IMG/VR virus record: IMGVR_UViG_3300045988_096785
Span: 41,968 to 105,967 of that record
From: a virus
Length of the DNA: 64,000 bases
Strand: one strand, 5' to 3'
Position 1 is the stretch's first letter, and every line of letters starts with the position of its first letter. The position numbers were made by a program, and so were the translations under genes. The notes beneath the pieces were generated by a model. The model did not search any database and was not told the DNA's origin. It saw only the letters and a list, made by a program, of their open reading frames with translations. This document shows positions 48,129 to 58,908 of the stretch, piece after piece.

Positions 48129-49190
48129 TTACGCCCATCCCAGTTGTTTTGCAATACTTTCCATCTCGCTATACGCAATACGATGACATCCAGCAGTCAG
48201 TATATCGTTTTTATACCGGTTTATTCTCCACCTGTTGCCGTCTACGTCCTCTACCAGGCCATGCCGGAACTGACCTCCCTGGTGCAACAGTGACACAACC
48301 TGCCACATTCTTCTGGCCTCTTCTATCCCGATTTTTATTTCTTTGCTTGTTTCAATAATCCCTCCTTTTATACGCATCCAAACATTTGGTTTATCATAAG
48401 AAGTAAGATCACACGCATGCAAGAAATCAAGTTCTCCTGACTTCCATTTTTCTAATTTTTCATGGAAATCCCTACTACGTTCTTCTTCCAGCTCTTTCAG
48501 TTTCCTTAACTTTTCAACCTCTTGTACTTCTCTACTTATTCTATATTTTTCAACTCTTTCCCGATATTTCAACCAAGTTCCTTCACCACAAACTTCATCT
48601 ACAACCACATTAACGGTTCCAAGGACTTCCAGTGCTTGATGATTCAACAATATCTGGAAAATACGTTTCAATTCACTGACATGTTCACGTTTAATCTTAT
48701 CTGATTTCCGTGATAATTCATGGTTAGTTCCAAGCCATTCGTTTGCGCTCTTTTTAAGAAGACGCTGGGGAGTCCCCATATCGAAGAACTCAATATAACC
48801 CATCAGATTTTTAAACGCTCCCCAAACATTCTGATAAGGCAATTCAGTTCTGGCTTTCTTGTATTTTTCAATAGCATCTTTAATGGATTCCAACCCACTG
48901 GTGGCAAATGCCATATTACCATTATTTGACATATTATATCCAACACTGAATACCTTTGAGCCAGTTGGTATTGCTTCACGAACATAATATTGATGCCTGC
49001 TTGTAGTAGAAGAATAATATCTATCATTAATCAAATACGCCTTTTCTCCACGCTTGTTTCGCACGATTCTTCCAACCTCAAAATGTCTTCCATAGGAGTA
49101 AATACTTTGTCCTTCAAAATAGAAGTTACTACCATTTGCTGATTCTTGACTTTCATTTGCCCACAAGTGAGCGACCATTGAATTGTTCAT
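48129..49190 (-). CDS. Hypothetical protein (353 aa)
   Basis: ORF with a TTAAACAATTAAAAA motif 12 nt upstream of the ATG. Confidence 0.55.
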   Translation of the reverse strand: MNNSMVAHLWANESQESANGSNFYFEGQSIYSYGRHFEVGRIVRNKRGEKAYLINDRYYSSTTSRHQYYVREAIPTGSKVFSVGYNMSNNGNMAFATSGLESIKDAIEKYKKARTELPYQNVWGAFKNLMGYIEFFDMGTPQRLLKKSANEWLGTNHELSRKSDKIKREHVSELKRIFQILLNHQALEVLGTVNVVVDEVCGEGTWLKYRERVEKYRISREVQEVEKLRKLKELEEERSRDFHEKLEKWKSGELDFLHACDLTSYDKPNVWMRIKGGIIETSKEIKIGIEEARRMWQVVSLLHQGGQFRHGLVEDVDGNRWRINRYKNDILTAGCHRIAYSEMESIAKQLGWA

Positions 49191-49202
49191 ATAAGTATCT
49201 TT

Positions 49203-49517
49203 TTAATTGTTTAACTTACCTCTACTATATAATCCTCTTTGTTCATATTTTTCAATACATTCGGTTATCATATCGCAGAACACTTGCCCTTCTTTTTCGG
49301 AACCTCTGAAGTAACCAATCATCTTCAGGATATTCCCGTTAAACTCATGGACAAACTTATTGTAATAATGCTCTCCCATAACTTTCCCGTATTTTTCCAT
49401 GAACAAATTCTTGTCCAGTGATTCATCCTTAAAGCAGCGGTTGTAATCCCATCTTACGATACGAAACAATGTTTCAAAATTCAATCTTTCCATATCCTGT
49501 ATTTTATTTAAGTTCAA
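49203..49517 (-). CDS. Hypothetical protein (104 aa)
   Basis: ORF. Confidence 0.45.
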   Translation of the reverse strand: MNLNKIQDMERLNFETLFRIVRWDYNRCFKDESLDKNLFMEKYGKVMGEHYYNKFVHEFNGNILKMIGYFRGSEKEGQVFCDMITECIEKYEQRGLYSRGKLNN

Positions 49518-50400
49518 ACTTGATTCCTTCCGGTAACTGAGAGCGGTCTACGTTGTTTACAAAATCATCAAACTCTTCCTGTGTGATTTTTTCTCCATAA
49601 CCGTTCCAGTTGAAAGACAAAGTGTTCGTGTGAGGATAATATATGGCGTTATCAGTAGATAACCCATAATCAAACACACAGAGCATTATCTTCTTTTCAA
49701 CTTCTGCTTGTCTGATTTCTTTGTCATATTGCTCACAAATCTTGGCACGCTTTTCCACCATCTTTGCCTTATGAGCCTCTTCCCGGCGTTTTTCGATATT
49801 TTCCGCAGAATAATACCCGGCTTTAATGCGCTCTTCAATAAGCAAACGTTCCTCGTCCATTAATGTCAAAGTAAACCTTTCCTTTTCCGGTGTATATGGA
49901 TTTACCCATTTCTTGCCACACAGGTCTTCAAGTTCAACAAGAAGCTCGTCTGATTCACATTTCCATCTATCCACAATCCCCAGATTGAAAAGCAGATACT
50001 TGAAATACATCTTATCCTCAGAGGCTTTATATAATTCTACGCATTCTTGTTCTGATATACGCAAATACTCCATTGCCACAGACATACCACTTCTTCTAAC
50101 GTGATATATGCCATTTTCCACCGGATACATAGGAGCACCATAATGGTTACAAAGATGCAACGATATGAATTTCGCCAATTCCGGAAAATGTTTTGCAACT
50201 TCATCGTGGCAGCAACCTCCCATATACTCTACATACGTTCCTTGTTGATCTTTCTGTCTAATATCAGCCGTTACGCTCCAGTCACACATATTGTTATGAC
50301 AATCATCATCTAAAGATATTGTGACTGTTATTCTGTATTCTTCTTTGTTTTCTGTAAAGAATTTTGTACTTGAATAAATTAGTTTGTTTGCAGTTTCCAT
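49504..50400 (-). CDS. Hypothetical protein (298 aa)
   Basis: ORF. Confidence 0.5.
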   Translation of the reverse strand: METANKLIYSSTKFFTENKEEYRITVTISLDDDCHNNMCDWSVTADIRQKDQQGTYVEYMGGCCHDEVAKHFPELAKFISLHLCNHYGAPMYPVENGIYHVRRSGMSVAMEYLRISEQECVELYKASEDKMYFKYLLFNLGIVDRWKCESDELLVELEDLCGKKWVNPYTPEKERFTLTLMDEERLLIEERIKAGYYSAENIEKRREEAHKAKMVEKRAKICEQYDKEIRQAEVEKKIMLCVFDYGLSTDNAIYYPHTNTLSFNWNGYGEKITQEEFDDFVNNVDRSQLPEGIKFELK

Positions 50401-50411
50401 ATTATTTTAGT

Positions 50412-50648
50412 TTAATCATTACGCTTGTAAAAAATAAAATCTGCACATTCTCCCGGTGTATTATTAGCGTTATTGTACCAATAAAAACCTTCTGTTTTCC
50501 AGTCTACATCTACGGGATCTTCTTTTACTCGTTCCAAGAAATTCCTTATTTCTCGTTCTTCATTATCTGACAAACCTGTATAATCACCATTTATCAGAGC
50601 ACAAGCCCAATAAACTGGAAGCCTGTATCTTGTTACCTTTATACTCAT
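50412..50648 (-). CDS. Hypothetical protein (78 aa)
   Basis: ORF. Confidence 0.4.
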   Translation of the reverse strand: MSIKVTRYRLPVYWACALINGDYTGLSDNEEREIRNFLERVKEDPVDVDWKTEGFYWYNNANNTPGECADFIFYKRND

Positions 50649-51037
50649 AGCTTCATTAATTTACAATGACAATCATCAAATACCGGAATCATCCCTTGTT
50701 CTCTAAAATAAGCGGTAGCTACTTTGAAAGCATACAAAGGATTTACCTTCTTAATTTCCTGCTGGGATTTATAGAAAGTTACCGGCTGGCATACATAGAA
50801 GTTTTCATTACAAAAACGTCCGAAAACCCAATTCATAGTGCTTTCGTTACAATTAGTGCCACCAAGTATAATTAGATCACATCCGGTCTTCCGGGTCCCT
50901 AAGATGAATGTCTTGTTCTTATTCTCTGGCTGCATAAATATTTCCTTGTCAATACTAAACCAGTCGCTCTGGCAAATCTCCACATCCCGGCGGACAATTT
51001 CGTCAATTTCAAATGCATATTCTTCTTGTGTTTTCAT
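50645..51037 (-). CDS. Hypothetical protein (130 aa)
   Basis: ORF with ATGA overlap. Confidence 0.45.
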   Translation of the reverse strand: MKTQEEYAFEIDEIVRRDVEICQSDWFSIDKEIFMQPENKNKTFILGTRKTGCDLIILGGTNCNESTMNWVFGRFCNENFYVCQPVTFYKSQQEIKKVNPLYAFKVATAYFREQGMIPVFDDCHCKLMKL

Positions 51038-51049
51038 AAGGCATATTAT

Positions 51050-51463
51050 TTAAAAGAAACTCCAACAATATGTCACAATAAATTCCCTCATTCCGTATTC
51101 AGCAAGCTGCTGAAACGATTCTATCCCATTACAATAATAAAAAACAGCATCATTATCATCATCGTTGATACTCAGCGATAGTTTGATTGTCACTCTTTTA
51201 TCGTCTCCTGTTTCTTTCCACACAATCTGACATTCTACGTATTCAGGCTCCTTACCTGTTCTTTCTACAAATTCAAGGAATCTTAAATCAATTTCATATT
51301 TGACTCCTTCAACATTAGATATCACTACCTCGTTTTCACAATCACTGCAAATAGCATGCATGAAAGCTCCAGCAAAATAATCTATTATTTCTCCGGTATT
51401 CGGATTTACTATGGCTTCACAGGTAACATTTGTTCCACCACATCTTGTACATATATATCCCAT
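51050..51463 (-). CDS. Zinc-ribbon hypothetical protein (137 aa)
   Basis: CTRCG...CSDC motifs. Confidence 0.45.
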   Translation of the reverse strand: MGYICTRCGGTNVTCEAIVNPNTGEIIDYFAGAFMHAICSDCENEVVISNVEGVKYEIDLRFLEFVERTGKEPEYVECQIVWKETGDDKRVTIKLSLSINDDDNDAVFYYCNGIESFQQLAEYGMREFIVTYCWSFF

Positions 51464-51607
51464 AATTATCTGTTTTTAAAATGTTCAATAATTTCATCTA
51501 CTGTAGCCTTACGCCATGTAAGACAGCCCGCGTCTCCCCTGAGCCGGAACTCTTCGCACTCTACCCACCTGTCTCCTGTGGCGTCCGTCACTATCAGCCA
51601 TTATAAC

Positions 51608-52450
51608 CTATTTTTCTAAGCCATTCTCTATCATGACTTCCTTTATCAATTCATCTGTCTCCTCGTAACATCCCCAGCAAGAATCAACCTCTTCCCATTC
51701 TTCTTCCTCTTCATCCTCCCTGGATTCATCTTCGTATTTCTTGATAAATTTCACTTTCTTTTCAAGCACATACCTCTTTACATCTCCCCACATCCACATA
51801 CCTATGGATTCCACTTCACCATCAATCAATTTATCAATTTTGGTTTTCCAATCGGAAGTATTATTACTAACCATTTTTATGTACCTCTCCTTTGTACAAA
51901 AAGCTATACCTTCAATATAATCCCCTTGGCAATATCCTCTTGTGGACCATTCTTTGACAAATATATCCTTACCTAAGTCTGAAAGAATCTGAATCAATTC
52001 GTCACACTCCAAGTATTCTATAAATTCATCCGTATAATCATACGTATAAAGGTCGGAAGGAGAAACGCTAATAGTTTCTTGCCAGCCTTTATACTCTGTG
52101 TATTGTGGATTGTTATACCATCCCAAATACCACATTTTCTCATGTCTATCATATCTCATTCGATAACCGTCAATCTTGCCTTTCTTAAAATAATTCAGCA
52201 AGTCTTTCCATTCAACATATTCACTAATAAGTTTATGTAGTGCATCTATAAGTGAGTGTCGGCTATCTCCGTATTTACCAAACACTTCTCTCCAATCGCA
52301 CACATCTTGCAGTCGGTATGAATCGCTATATTCCCATAAGAAACATGCTGCCATATCCCAACTTTCACAAGGACATGTACTGTCAGTATCATAGTATATT
52401 TTTATACGATAATCCCCTACTTCTTTTGTTGTGATAAGTCCGTCTTCCAT
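51608..52450 (-). CDS. Hypothetical protein with an acidic tail (280 aa)
   Basis: ORF. Confidence 0.5.
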   Translation of the reverse strand: MEDGLITTKEVGDYRIKIYYDTDSTCPCESWDMAACFLWEYSDSYRLQDVCDWREVFGKYGDSRHSLIDALHKLISEYVEWKDLLNYFKKGKIDGYRMRYDRHEKMWYLGWYNNPQYTEYKGWQETISVSPSDLYTYDYTDEFIEYLECDELIQILSDLGKDIFVKEWSTRGYCQGDYIEGIAFCTKERYIKMVSNNTSDWKTKIDKLIDGEVESIGMWMWGDVKRYVLEKKVKFIKKYEDESREDEEEEEWEEVDSCWGCYEETDELIKEVMIENGLEK

Positions 52451-52461
52451 GTCTTTATATT

Positions 52462-52920
52462 TTAAATAGTTCCTAACTTCTCATCAATAAATGCATCTAT
52501 TGCATCATAGTATGAGCCATTAGAATCACAATCCCCATATTCCTCTGTAAACTCTTTAGCCCACTCTTGAATGATGTTAAATGCCTTTTCCCTGCTATAT
52601 TTTTTTGGTCCTGTTAAATACTCCACAGCTTCCACCGACAACTCTTGCAAATTTCGTAAGTATTTAAAATCTATTCTATACGGTAGCTTACCCACTTCTA
52701 TGCATACATGATGACCTTGTTTAAAGGCATCCTGTAAATCTTCCAAACTTTCTATCAATGACTCGGACTCATCATCTACCCTCACCTTGTATAACTCAAA
52801 ATCTTCATTTTCTGCCGACACCCATATCTTGTAGGCTTTTTCGTTGGACAATCTTTTCCAAACAAATCCGTCACTGAATACAATTAGGCTGCCTGTTACT
52901 ATCGTATTTTTCATAATCAC
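52462..52920 (-). CDS. Hypothetical protein (152 aa)
   Basis: ORF. Confidence 0.45.
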   Translation of the reverse strand: MIMKNTIVTGSLIVFSDGFVWKRLSNEKAYKIWVSAENEDFELYKVRVDDESESLIESLEDLQDAFKQGHHVCIEVGKLPYRIDFKYLRNLQELSVEAVEYLTGPKKYSREKAFNIIQEWAKEFTEEYGDCDSNGSYYDAIDAFIDEKLGTI

Positions 52921-52923
52921 TTT

Positions 52924-53238
52924 CTAATCTGTTACTCTGTAATAATAATCAAGTTCTTCTCCCTTAAAATTGTTCATGGCATACTCGTCAGCTTCCCGCC
53001 ATAACCGGTCATACAATGCAGCCAGTTCACGATTGCTTTTATAATGTTGCCAGATTTTATGATTCAATACCAGCGTCAATTCTGTAAAGAACTTATAATC
53101 GTCTTTCCATTCGCTAAACGCACGTCTGTAAGTATCTTTGACACCTGCTATACCATACTTGTCGGCTATACTAAAATCCTCCCAAAAGGTAGTTATCAGG
53201 TCATAGCCGTTCTCCTGCATAAATTCTTTGAATGTCAT
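52924..53238 (-). CDS. Hypothetical protein (104 aa)
   Basis: ORF. Confidence 0.45.
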   Translation of the reverse strand: MTFKEFMQENGYDLITTFWEDFSIADKYGIAGVKDTYRRAFSEWKDDYKFFTELTLVLNHKIWQHYKSNRELAALYDRLWREADEYAMNNFKGEELDYYYRVTD

Positions 53239-53249
53239 AAACTATTATT

Positions 53250-53717
53250 TTAGGTATATAATTGCCTTATCTTATCAATGACATCTTCCTTAAATTCGTA
53301 ATACTCATATATACGACCTTTGTAATCAGCTATCATTTCTTCAATCTTGCTTTCGGATGCCCATAGCCCGCAATACACATAGCAATCCAATAATCTATCT
53401 ACTGAAGAAACACCGATCAACATCATCTTAGAAAATGGATTCCCTTCTTTTTCCAATTCTTCCTTGGATCTGTCTGTCACCTCATCCCACCATTGTCCTT
53501 CACACTTCTCTACCTTTCCGTTGTCAAGTACGATATCGAACTTTCTACCTCCGAAAGCTTCTCTTCTCTCATTTCTCTTTGCAAGGAAATCATAGAATAT
53601 ACCTCCTATCCTTCCAATAATGGTATCATCTCCGTACTTTGTGCTAATTTTATCAGGCATTTCGTCGAAGACAAGGAACTTCGATTCTCCTGACTCTACT
53701 AAGTATAATAGCTTCAT
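53250..53717 (-). CDS. Hypothetical protein (155 aa)
   Basis: ORF. Confidence 0.45.
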   Translation of the reverse strand: MKLLYLVESGESKFLVFDEMPDKISTKYGDDTIIGRIGGIFYDFLAKRNERREAFGGRKFDIVLDNGKVEKCEGQWWDEVTDRSKEELEKEGNPFSKMMLIGVSSVDRLLDCYVYCGLWASESKIEEMIADYKGRIYEYYEFKEDVIDKIRQLYT

Positions 53718-53728
53718 GATTTATTTCT

Positions 53729-54208
53729 TTAGATGTAAGTTATTCCTCCAACCTTGATCTGCATTATATCGTTTTCAAGCATAATGAAATTATTTTGTTT
53801 TATGGATCCAAATATCAATCCATATACACTTACCGTATTAAACAGCCTAACAGTGTGAAAATCTTCATTTAGCCTTACTCTGTTTTTATTCCAATATCCC
53901 AAATCGTTGATAGTTATCGGGAATCCTTCTATGTTGTTATACCTGTAGTAATTGTTTTCATTGAAAACTATTTTCTTTATTAACAGGTTCCCGATGCTTT
54001 TCATGTTGAATCCGGACAACTCTATCTGTTCTGAAATATAATCAATCAGATTATTATGATATGTGTTTGGTTTATCTTCTTTCTCATTAATGATTTTCTT
54101 CCATTTCTTTGTTAAAGGAATCCGTATATCCATATATGTGCTAAATACTACTATAATAGGACATTCCCCTTCAAACTTCGTTAAATCTTCTACTCTCATA
54201 ATTAACAA
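53729..54208 (-). CDS. Hypothetical protein (159 aa)
   Basis: ORF. Confidence 0.45.
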   Translation of the reverse strand: MLIMRVEDLTKFEGECPIIVVFSTYMDIRIPLTKKWKKIINEKEDKPNTYHNNLIDYISEQIELSGFNMKSIGNLLIKKIVFNENNYYRYNNIEGFPITINDLGYWNKNRVRLNEDFHTVRLFNTVSVYGLIFGSIKQNNFIMLENDIMQIKVGGITYI

Positions 54209-54301
54209 ATATTTGTATTGTTTTCGTCGTTCACTATCTGACTAATATACGGCCCTGGCCACAGACAGCCAGGCCGACCTCATGGCAGGGCGGGCGCCGT
54301 C

Positions 54302-54490
54302 TTACTCTGGCTGTTTCACCCACTCCCTGTACCCTACATTAAAACCAATAGGATCATACCTTTTGATCATAGTACCATAATTCTCTCTACCACAATACCT
54401 GTTTTTCCCTCCAATGATCCATGCCTCATCGTCTCTATCTGGAGATATGGAGTTAAGATACTTTTCATAATCCTTTCTACTCTTTCCCAT
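54302..54490 (-). CDS. Small hypothetical protein (62 aa)
   Basis: ORF. Confidence 0.35.
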   Translation of the reverse strand: MGKSRKDYEKYLNSISPDRDDEAWIIGGKNRYCGRENYGTMIKRYDPIGFNVGYREWVKQPE

Positions 54491-54836
54491 CTTTGTCTTG
54501 ATTTAAACAATAGTTAATAAAATAAGCAACCTGTTCATTTTCCCCTGTATTATCAAAATCACCTAAAGTCATATCATCATAATCCAGCAGAACCATACGA
54601 AAACCGTTTTTTTTGACATACACCTCCGTTAAAAACATAGGAATCCCAGCAATTTCTATTATCACCGGAAACTGATCATCAAAGTCAAACGCATTATTAT
54701 CTTCTCCCCATTTTTTAAATTTTAGCTTTATACTTCCACCGTTCTCCACTAATGCCTCTTTGATGTACTTTAATCTTTTTGCATTCAGATCAATCTCTGC
54801 TTTTTCTATTTCTTTGTACAATTCATTCAGATCCAT
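54477..54836 (-). CDS. Hypothetical protein (119 aa)
   Basis: ORF. Confidence 0.45.
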   Translation of the reverse strand: MDLNELYKEIEKAEIDLNAKRLKYIKEALVENGGSIKLKFKKWGEDNNAFDFDDQFPVIIEIAGIPMFLTEVYVKKNGFRMVLLDYDDMTLGDFDNTGENEQVAYFINYCLNQDKDGKE

Positions 54837-55338
54837 ATTCCACTATATTTATGTTGTCAAATTTTTCTTTTATAACATCCAAGGCTCCACACTCGTTTGT
54901 TACCATAACATACTTTCCTGGCTTCATTCTCCACAGATTAAAATACCTTGTCACATTCATAGTGGCATTAAATAATGATATTTCGTATCTTGTGTTCCCA
55001 TTTTCATCATGTCCCGCTTTTTTAAAATAACATAGGGTCGGCTTGTATTTGAAATAATTAAAAAGCCTATACCATCCCTTTCCGTTACATGTTTCACAAT
55101 TCCATATTCCAGCAAGCTTCCTATATCCCCTTACCGGTATTCTCTCTATTTCTTTTGGTACGATCTTGACATACTTTCCTTCTCCGATTGGTATGGTCAT
55201 ATTACCTGCCTCTTTCGTGCAAAAGTATTCTATTTCAGATGCCATTCCTTTATACATATAGAACCGGTATAAGTTCCCGTCAGGGTCTACCCGATCCATG
55301 TAATATAAAACCACTTTGTCTACTTTTATCGTTTTCAT
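54823..55338 (-). CDS. Hypothetical protein (171 aa)
   Basis: ORF. Confidence 0.45.
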   Translation of the reverse strand: MKTIKVDKVVLYYMDRVDPDGNLYRFYMYKGMASEIEYFCTKEAGNMTIPIGEGKYVKIVPKEIERIPVRGYRKLAGIWNCETCNGKGWYRLFNYFKYKPTLCYFKKAGHDENGNTRYEISLFNATMNVTRYFNLWRMKPGKYVMVTNECGALDVIKEKFDNINIVEYGSE

Positions 55339-55658
55339 TCCTTTATTCTCCTTATCTTTAAATTGTCATTCTTACAGTATTTCTTCAGCCAACTATCTGT
55401 TAGATAACGATTGACTCTATCGTATTTCTTTTTCGGACCCTTGCTCCAGAATTTCCATTCGTTTGTGATATTGTACCCATATTTATCAAACCAATAGATA
55501 TAATACACTACGTTACCGTATAAATCCACTCTTTTTCTTTCCTGTATGACTACCTCATAAGGTATCTCCTTGTCTCTTTTTCCCATCTTTGTCCTCCTTT
55601 CTTGAATAAAAAAAACGGCACCTATCTTCACAGACCAGTGCCGGCAACTAACTCGCAT
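55335..55658 (-). CDS. Hypothetical protein (the real start is likely the internal MGKRDKE, giving about 83 aa)
   Basis: ORF. Confidence 0.4.
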   Translation of the reverse strand: MRVSCRHWSVKIGAVFFIQERRTKMGKRDKEIPYEVVIQERKRVDLYGNVVYYIYWFDKYGYNITNEWKFWSKGPKKKYDRVNRYLTDSWLKKYCKNDNLKIRRIKE

Positions 55659-55664
55659 GGAAAA

Positions 55665-56075
55665 CTACTTAACTTCAACTAATTCTACAGAGTTGTAGAA
55701 TTTAGTGAAGCTACCAACAAATTCTCTTATATTTTTATATTCTTCTGGTCGTTTTCTGTTACCATCTTTTATATAATTCACCCACAGTCTATCCTCTATG
55801 TTCTTAATCGCATTCTCTATCGTAAATTCGTCGCTGACGCTCATTAAACACGAAGACCCGGTTTTCTTATGTGGTTTATATATCCTTGAAAAAGACCACA
55901 TTTTTATTCTATCATATATATATCCGTTGTTGGGATAAACGAATCCTATCCGGCTGTCACCTTCTTTAGCGTAAAACACACCTGGCTCCTTCCCGCCCTT
56001 TCTATATACTACAAATCCTTTTTCTTTTAGGATATTAACCACTTTATCTAATTTATTTTCTACGTTCATTTTCAT
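55665..56075 (-). CDS. Hypothetical protein (136 aa)
   Basis: ORF. Confidence 0.45.
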   Translation of the reverse strand: MKMNVENKLDKVVNILKEKGFVVYRKGGKEPGVFYAKEGDSRIGFVYPNNGYIYDRIKMWSFSRIYKPHKKTGSSCLMSVSDEFTIENAIKNIEDRLWVNYIKDGNRKRPEEYKNIREFVGSFTKFYNSVELVEVK

Positions 56076-56526
56076 GCAAAAATTTAAAAACGACCCTCAT
56101 TATAGTTGCGAAGTTCTCTACCTTAACCCACTCATGAGCTACTGCTCTAAGTACGGATGTTTCGTATGTTGGAATATTATCTTCTTCAACCACCTTACAG
56201 GAAGCTAGAACTCCTTCGGTCGGCTTTAGTCCACGGTCATGCAGCTCGCAGAGACCGTCTGGCCGGCGGAATGCGCACCACCCGTCTTTCTCTGTCGGCT
56301 GGATCATCGCTATTGGTTTTTCTTTCACTGCAATATACCCTACCATCCACATTGTTTCTTTTAGCCTGTCAGCGTATCCGGCATCTATGATAGCTTCTAT
56401 GTCTTTTGGCGTACCAATACAAGGAACCTCACACATGTTCTTGCATTTATCACATGTACAAGGCTGCTCCCATCTATTATGATCTATGCCAACCAACTTC
56501 TTTATCCGTTCTACTTCCTCTTTCAT
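56053..56526 (-). CDS. Cys-cluster hypothetical protein (157 aa)
   Basis: CTCDKCKNMCEVPC cluster. Confidence 0.45.
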   Translation of the reverse strand: MKEEVERIKKLVGIDHNRWEQPCTCDKCKNMCEVPCIGTPKDIEAIIDAGYADRLKETMWMVGYIAVKEKPIAMIQPTEKDGWCAFRRPDGLCELHDRGLKPTEGVLASCKVVEEDNIPTYETSVLRAVAHEWVKVENFATIMRVVFKFLHENERRK

Positions 56527-56527
56527 A

Positions 56528-56812
56528 TTATACTGTCTCTGTTAGTTTTTCGTAATACAACTTCATTTCCGGTGAAGCGTATTCCATGAATGCTTCGAAT
56601 AAGTGTGGTACCTCTATTATCATATTCACATTACAACCTTCTGTCTGTGAAAGCGATTCAAGATCATTACTGTACAGGCACGTAACATAGGCACCTATAT
56701 TAAATACATGCAAATCTATCCTTACGTATTCTATACATGAAGACAATGCATTAAACAAATTCTTTACTTCATTCTTGTCAAAAAGTTCTACAAATTCTCT
56801 CAACCCCATCAT
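56528..56812 (-). CDS. Hypothetical protein (94 aa)
   Basis: ORF. Confidence 0.4.
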   Translation of the reverse strand: MMGLREFVELFDKNEVKNLFNALSSCIEYVRIDLHVFNIGAYVTCLYSNDLESLSQTEGCNVNMIIEVPHLFEAFMEYASPEMKLYYEKLTETV

Positions 56813-57192
56813 TTTACCACCCTTTCTATGTGTTTAATTAATACTACTGCTATTCCCTTACCGGTTTTTATCGCACATTCCGACCCTTTTATCCATTCTA
56901 CACACCCTACATACTTTTCCGTAGCATGAAATCCGGGATTGTATTTTCCAGATGTACTGAACTCTACCGTATCCCCTACCCTCAGATCATCAAAAGCAAT
57001 AGACCATGTGGTCCAAATTCTGTCATGTCTCCCAGGCTGAATGGCCCCGATTACGCCTTTTTTACGACCGTTTTTTATTGCCCTTAGTATTATCTTCCTA
57101 TCACCTTCGATAAGGCTGCAAAAGCGCCCGTAAAAGGTCAAATCAACCTGTTTTCCTCCTATTTCTTCTCTTATTTTTGTTATTCTGTTCAT
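56809..57192 (-). CDS. Hypothetical protein (127 aa)
   Basis: ORF. Confidence 0.45.
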   Translation of the reverse strand: MNRITKIREEIGGKQVDLTFYGRFCSLIEGDRKIILRAIKNGRKKGVIGAIQPGRHDRIWTTWSIAFDDLRVGDTVEFSTSGKYNPGFHATEKYVGCVEWIKGSECAIKTGKGIAVVLIKHIERVVK

Positions 57193-57416
57193 TTTCTGAT
57201 TTTGTTTTATTTTTTTCTTTGTTTTTTCTATCTTCTATAGAAGATGATAATAACATTATCTTTTCTATGTTACTTTTTGACTGTAAAAAAGAATCGCATT
57301 TCATTACTACTACCACCTTCTTAAGTTCCCCATTATCGTATAGCGATACACGCATCATGTTTTGCGCCTCGTCCACTATCAGACCTGGAGTAGTCTTAGC
57401 CATTTTACGTAGCTTG

Positions 57417-57701
57417 TTATACTCCGGTCTTTCCATTTCCTCTGTTTATTACTCTATAGTATTTATCCTTATCCCCTTCTTTTAACTTCTCCAGATAGAA
57501 AATTCCATCATGTAAATGAGACAAACAAAATCTGTATCCGTATTTCTGTACTCTTCTTACATGATCCCGCAGTCTTATCTCTTCACTTTTGTCTTGTACT
57601 TTGATCTTAATACTGTCTCCTTCTTTGATTGTGTATAAAATAGTTTGAATCTCTTCTTTTTTCATCTTATAAAATATTTTAACGGCAGCACCTATACTCA
57701 C
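57417..57701 (-). CDS. Hypothetical protein (94 aa)
   Basis: ORF. Confidence 0.4.
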   Translation of the reverse strand: MSIGAAVKIFYKMKKEEIQTILYTIKEGDSIKIKVQDKSEEIRLRDHVRRVQKYGYRFCLSHLHDGIFYLEKLKEGDKDKYYRVINRGNGKTGV

Positions 57702-57728
57702 GCACCACTACTGCCTTATGTTTAACAA

Positions 57729-58538
57729 TTAAATACTTAACTCTTCAATGGTCAAGCCTTTTTCTTTTGCCCACTTTAGCATTGCGCATAATTCTGTTTC
57801 TGACTTATATTTCGGATCACGCCACGCCCATCCGAATTTATCCAGGACATGATGATATAATTCGTCGGCCTTTGCCGTGTAAATGTCTTTGAATAAATGC
57901 TCCGAACCTTCCGGTATAAGCATCTCTGTTGTTGCAAAATCGGAATACGACAAACATCCGTAAGCATATTCTGTTATTTCACTCCATGCTTCTCCGGCTT
58001 TAAATCCAAATTCTTTTACAAAAGCCAAAGTTAGATACATATTTAATAATATTGTTACATCATATTCCGAATCCGACTTTCTTTCTATTATTTCTTTTTC
58101 AAATTCCTTTAAATCTTCAGGCCCTAAAAAGATGTATCCTGATACCGACCGGTAATTAGCCTCCGCATACTTCTTGCATTTATCATCATTGACAATCTTA
58201 CCAATGTTAGATAACATCTTTTGCCTCCATTCATCACAAAACTCTACCCTTACATCCATCCAATCAGTACCATAATTGTGATCTTTTGGATGTCCGACCG
58301 ATATTACCTTTATGTTATTCACACCATATTCATAAAGGCGTTCGCCCACCTTATTCGCCCATTCCTGTACAAAAGGAATAAACTTATTGCAATAAGAATC
58401 AAAATCAAAATCTAATTCCTCCTCATATTCTGGCATCTCTTCATAATCTTGTTCAAAGAAATATCGAGGATCTGCTATTGTTTCATAGAAACTTACGTTA
58501 ATGAAACAAAACTCGTTGGTTGTCGTTTTTAATATCAT
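57729..58538 (-). CDS. Hypothetical protein (269 aa)
   Basis: ORF. Confidence 0.5.
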   Translation of the reverse strand: MILKTTTNEFCFINVSFYETIADPRYFFEQDYEEMPEYEEELDFDFDSYCNKFIPFVQEWANKVGERLYEYGVNNIKVISVGHPKDHNYGTDWMDVRVEFCDEWRQKMLSNIGKIVNDDKCKKYAEANYRSVSGYIFLGPEDLKEFEKEIIERKSDSEYDVTILLNMYLTLAFVKEFGFKAGEAWSEITEYAYGCLSYSDFATTEMLIPEGSEHLFKDIYTAKADELYHHVLDKFGWAWRDPKYKSETELCAMLKWAKEKGLTIEELSI

Positions 58539-58789
58539 AGCTTTTTGTATTTACGTACATTTTTCTTGCCATAGAATCTACACATGGCACGAATCTGACT
58601 ATAAAATACTTTTGTCCTCCTGGCCTCAAAGTATTTAAACATTTCTTCATTCTTTGTTTCCCACACGTAGTCCGTTTGAGAACTCATGTGATTTTTGTCC
58701 TTGCGTGAATAATGGTAATATGATACCACAACACGTTTCTCACCATTCTTTACAGGTACGATATTCACATCTATGTTATTATCTGTCAT
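58535..58789 (-). CDS. Hypothetical protein (84 aa)
   Basis: ORF with ATGA overlap. Confidence 0.4.
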   Translation of the reverse strand: MTDNNIDVNIVPVKNGEKRVVVSYYHYSRKDKNHMSSQTDYVWETKNEEMFKYFEARRTKVFYSQIRAMCRFYGKKNVRKYKKL

Positions 58790-58908
58790 ATTATTATTGT
58801 TTTATATATTATACAAATACAAAGAGCGCATACCTTCACAGGCCGGCGCTCTTTTCAATAAAAATGAAAAAACTAACATTACATAAACATATTGTTTTCT
58901 GCTCTTTA

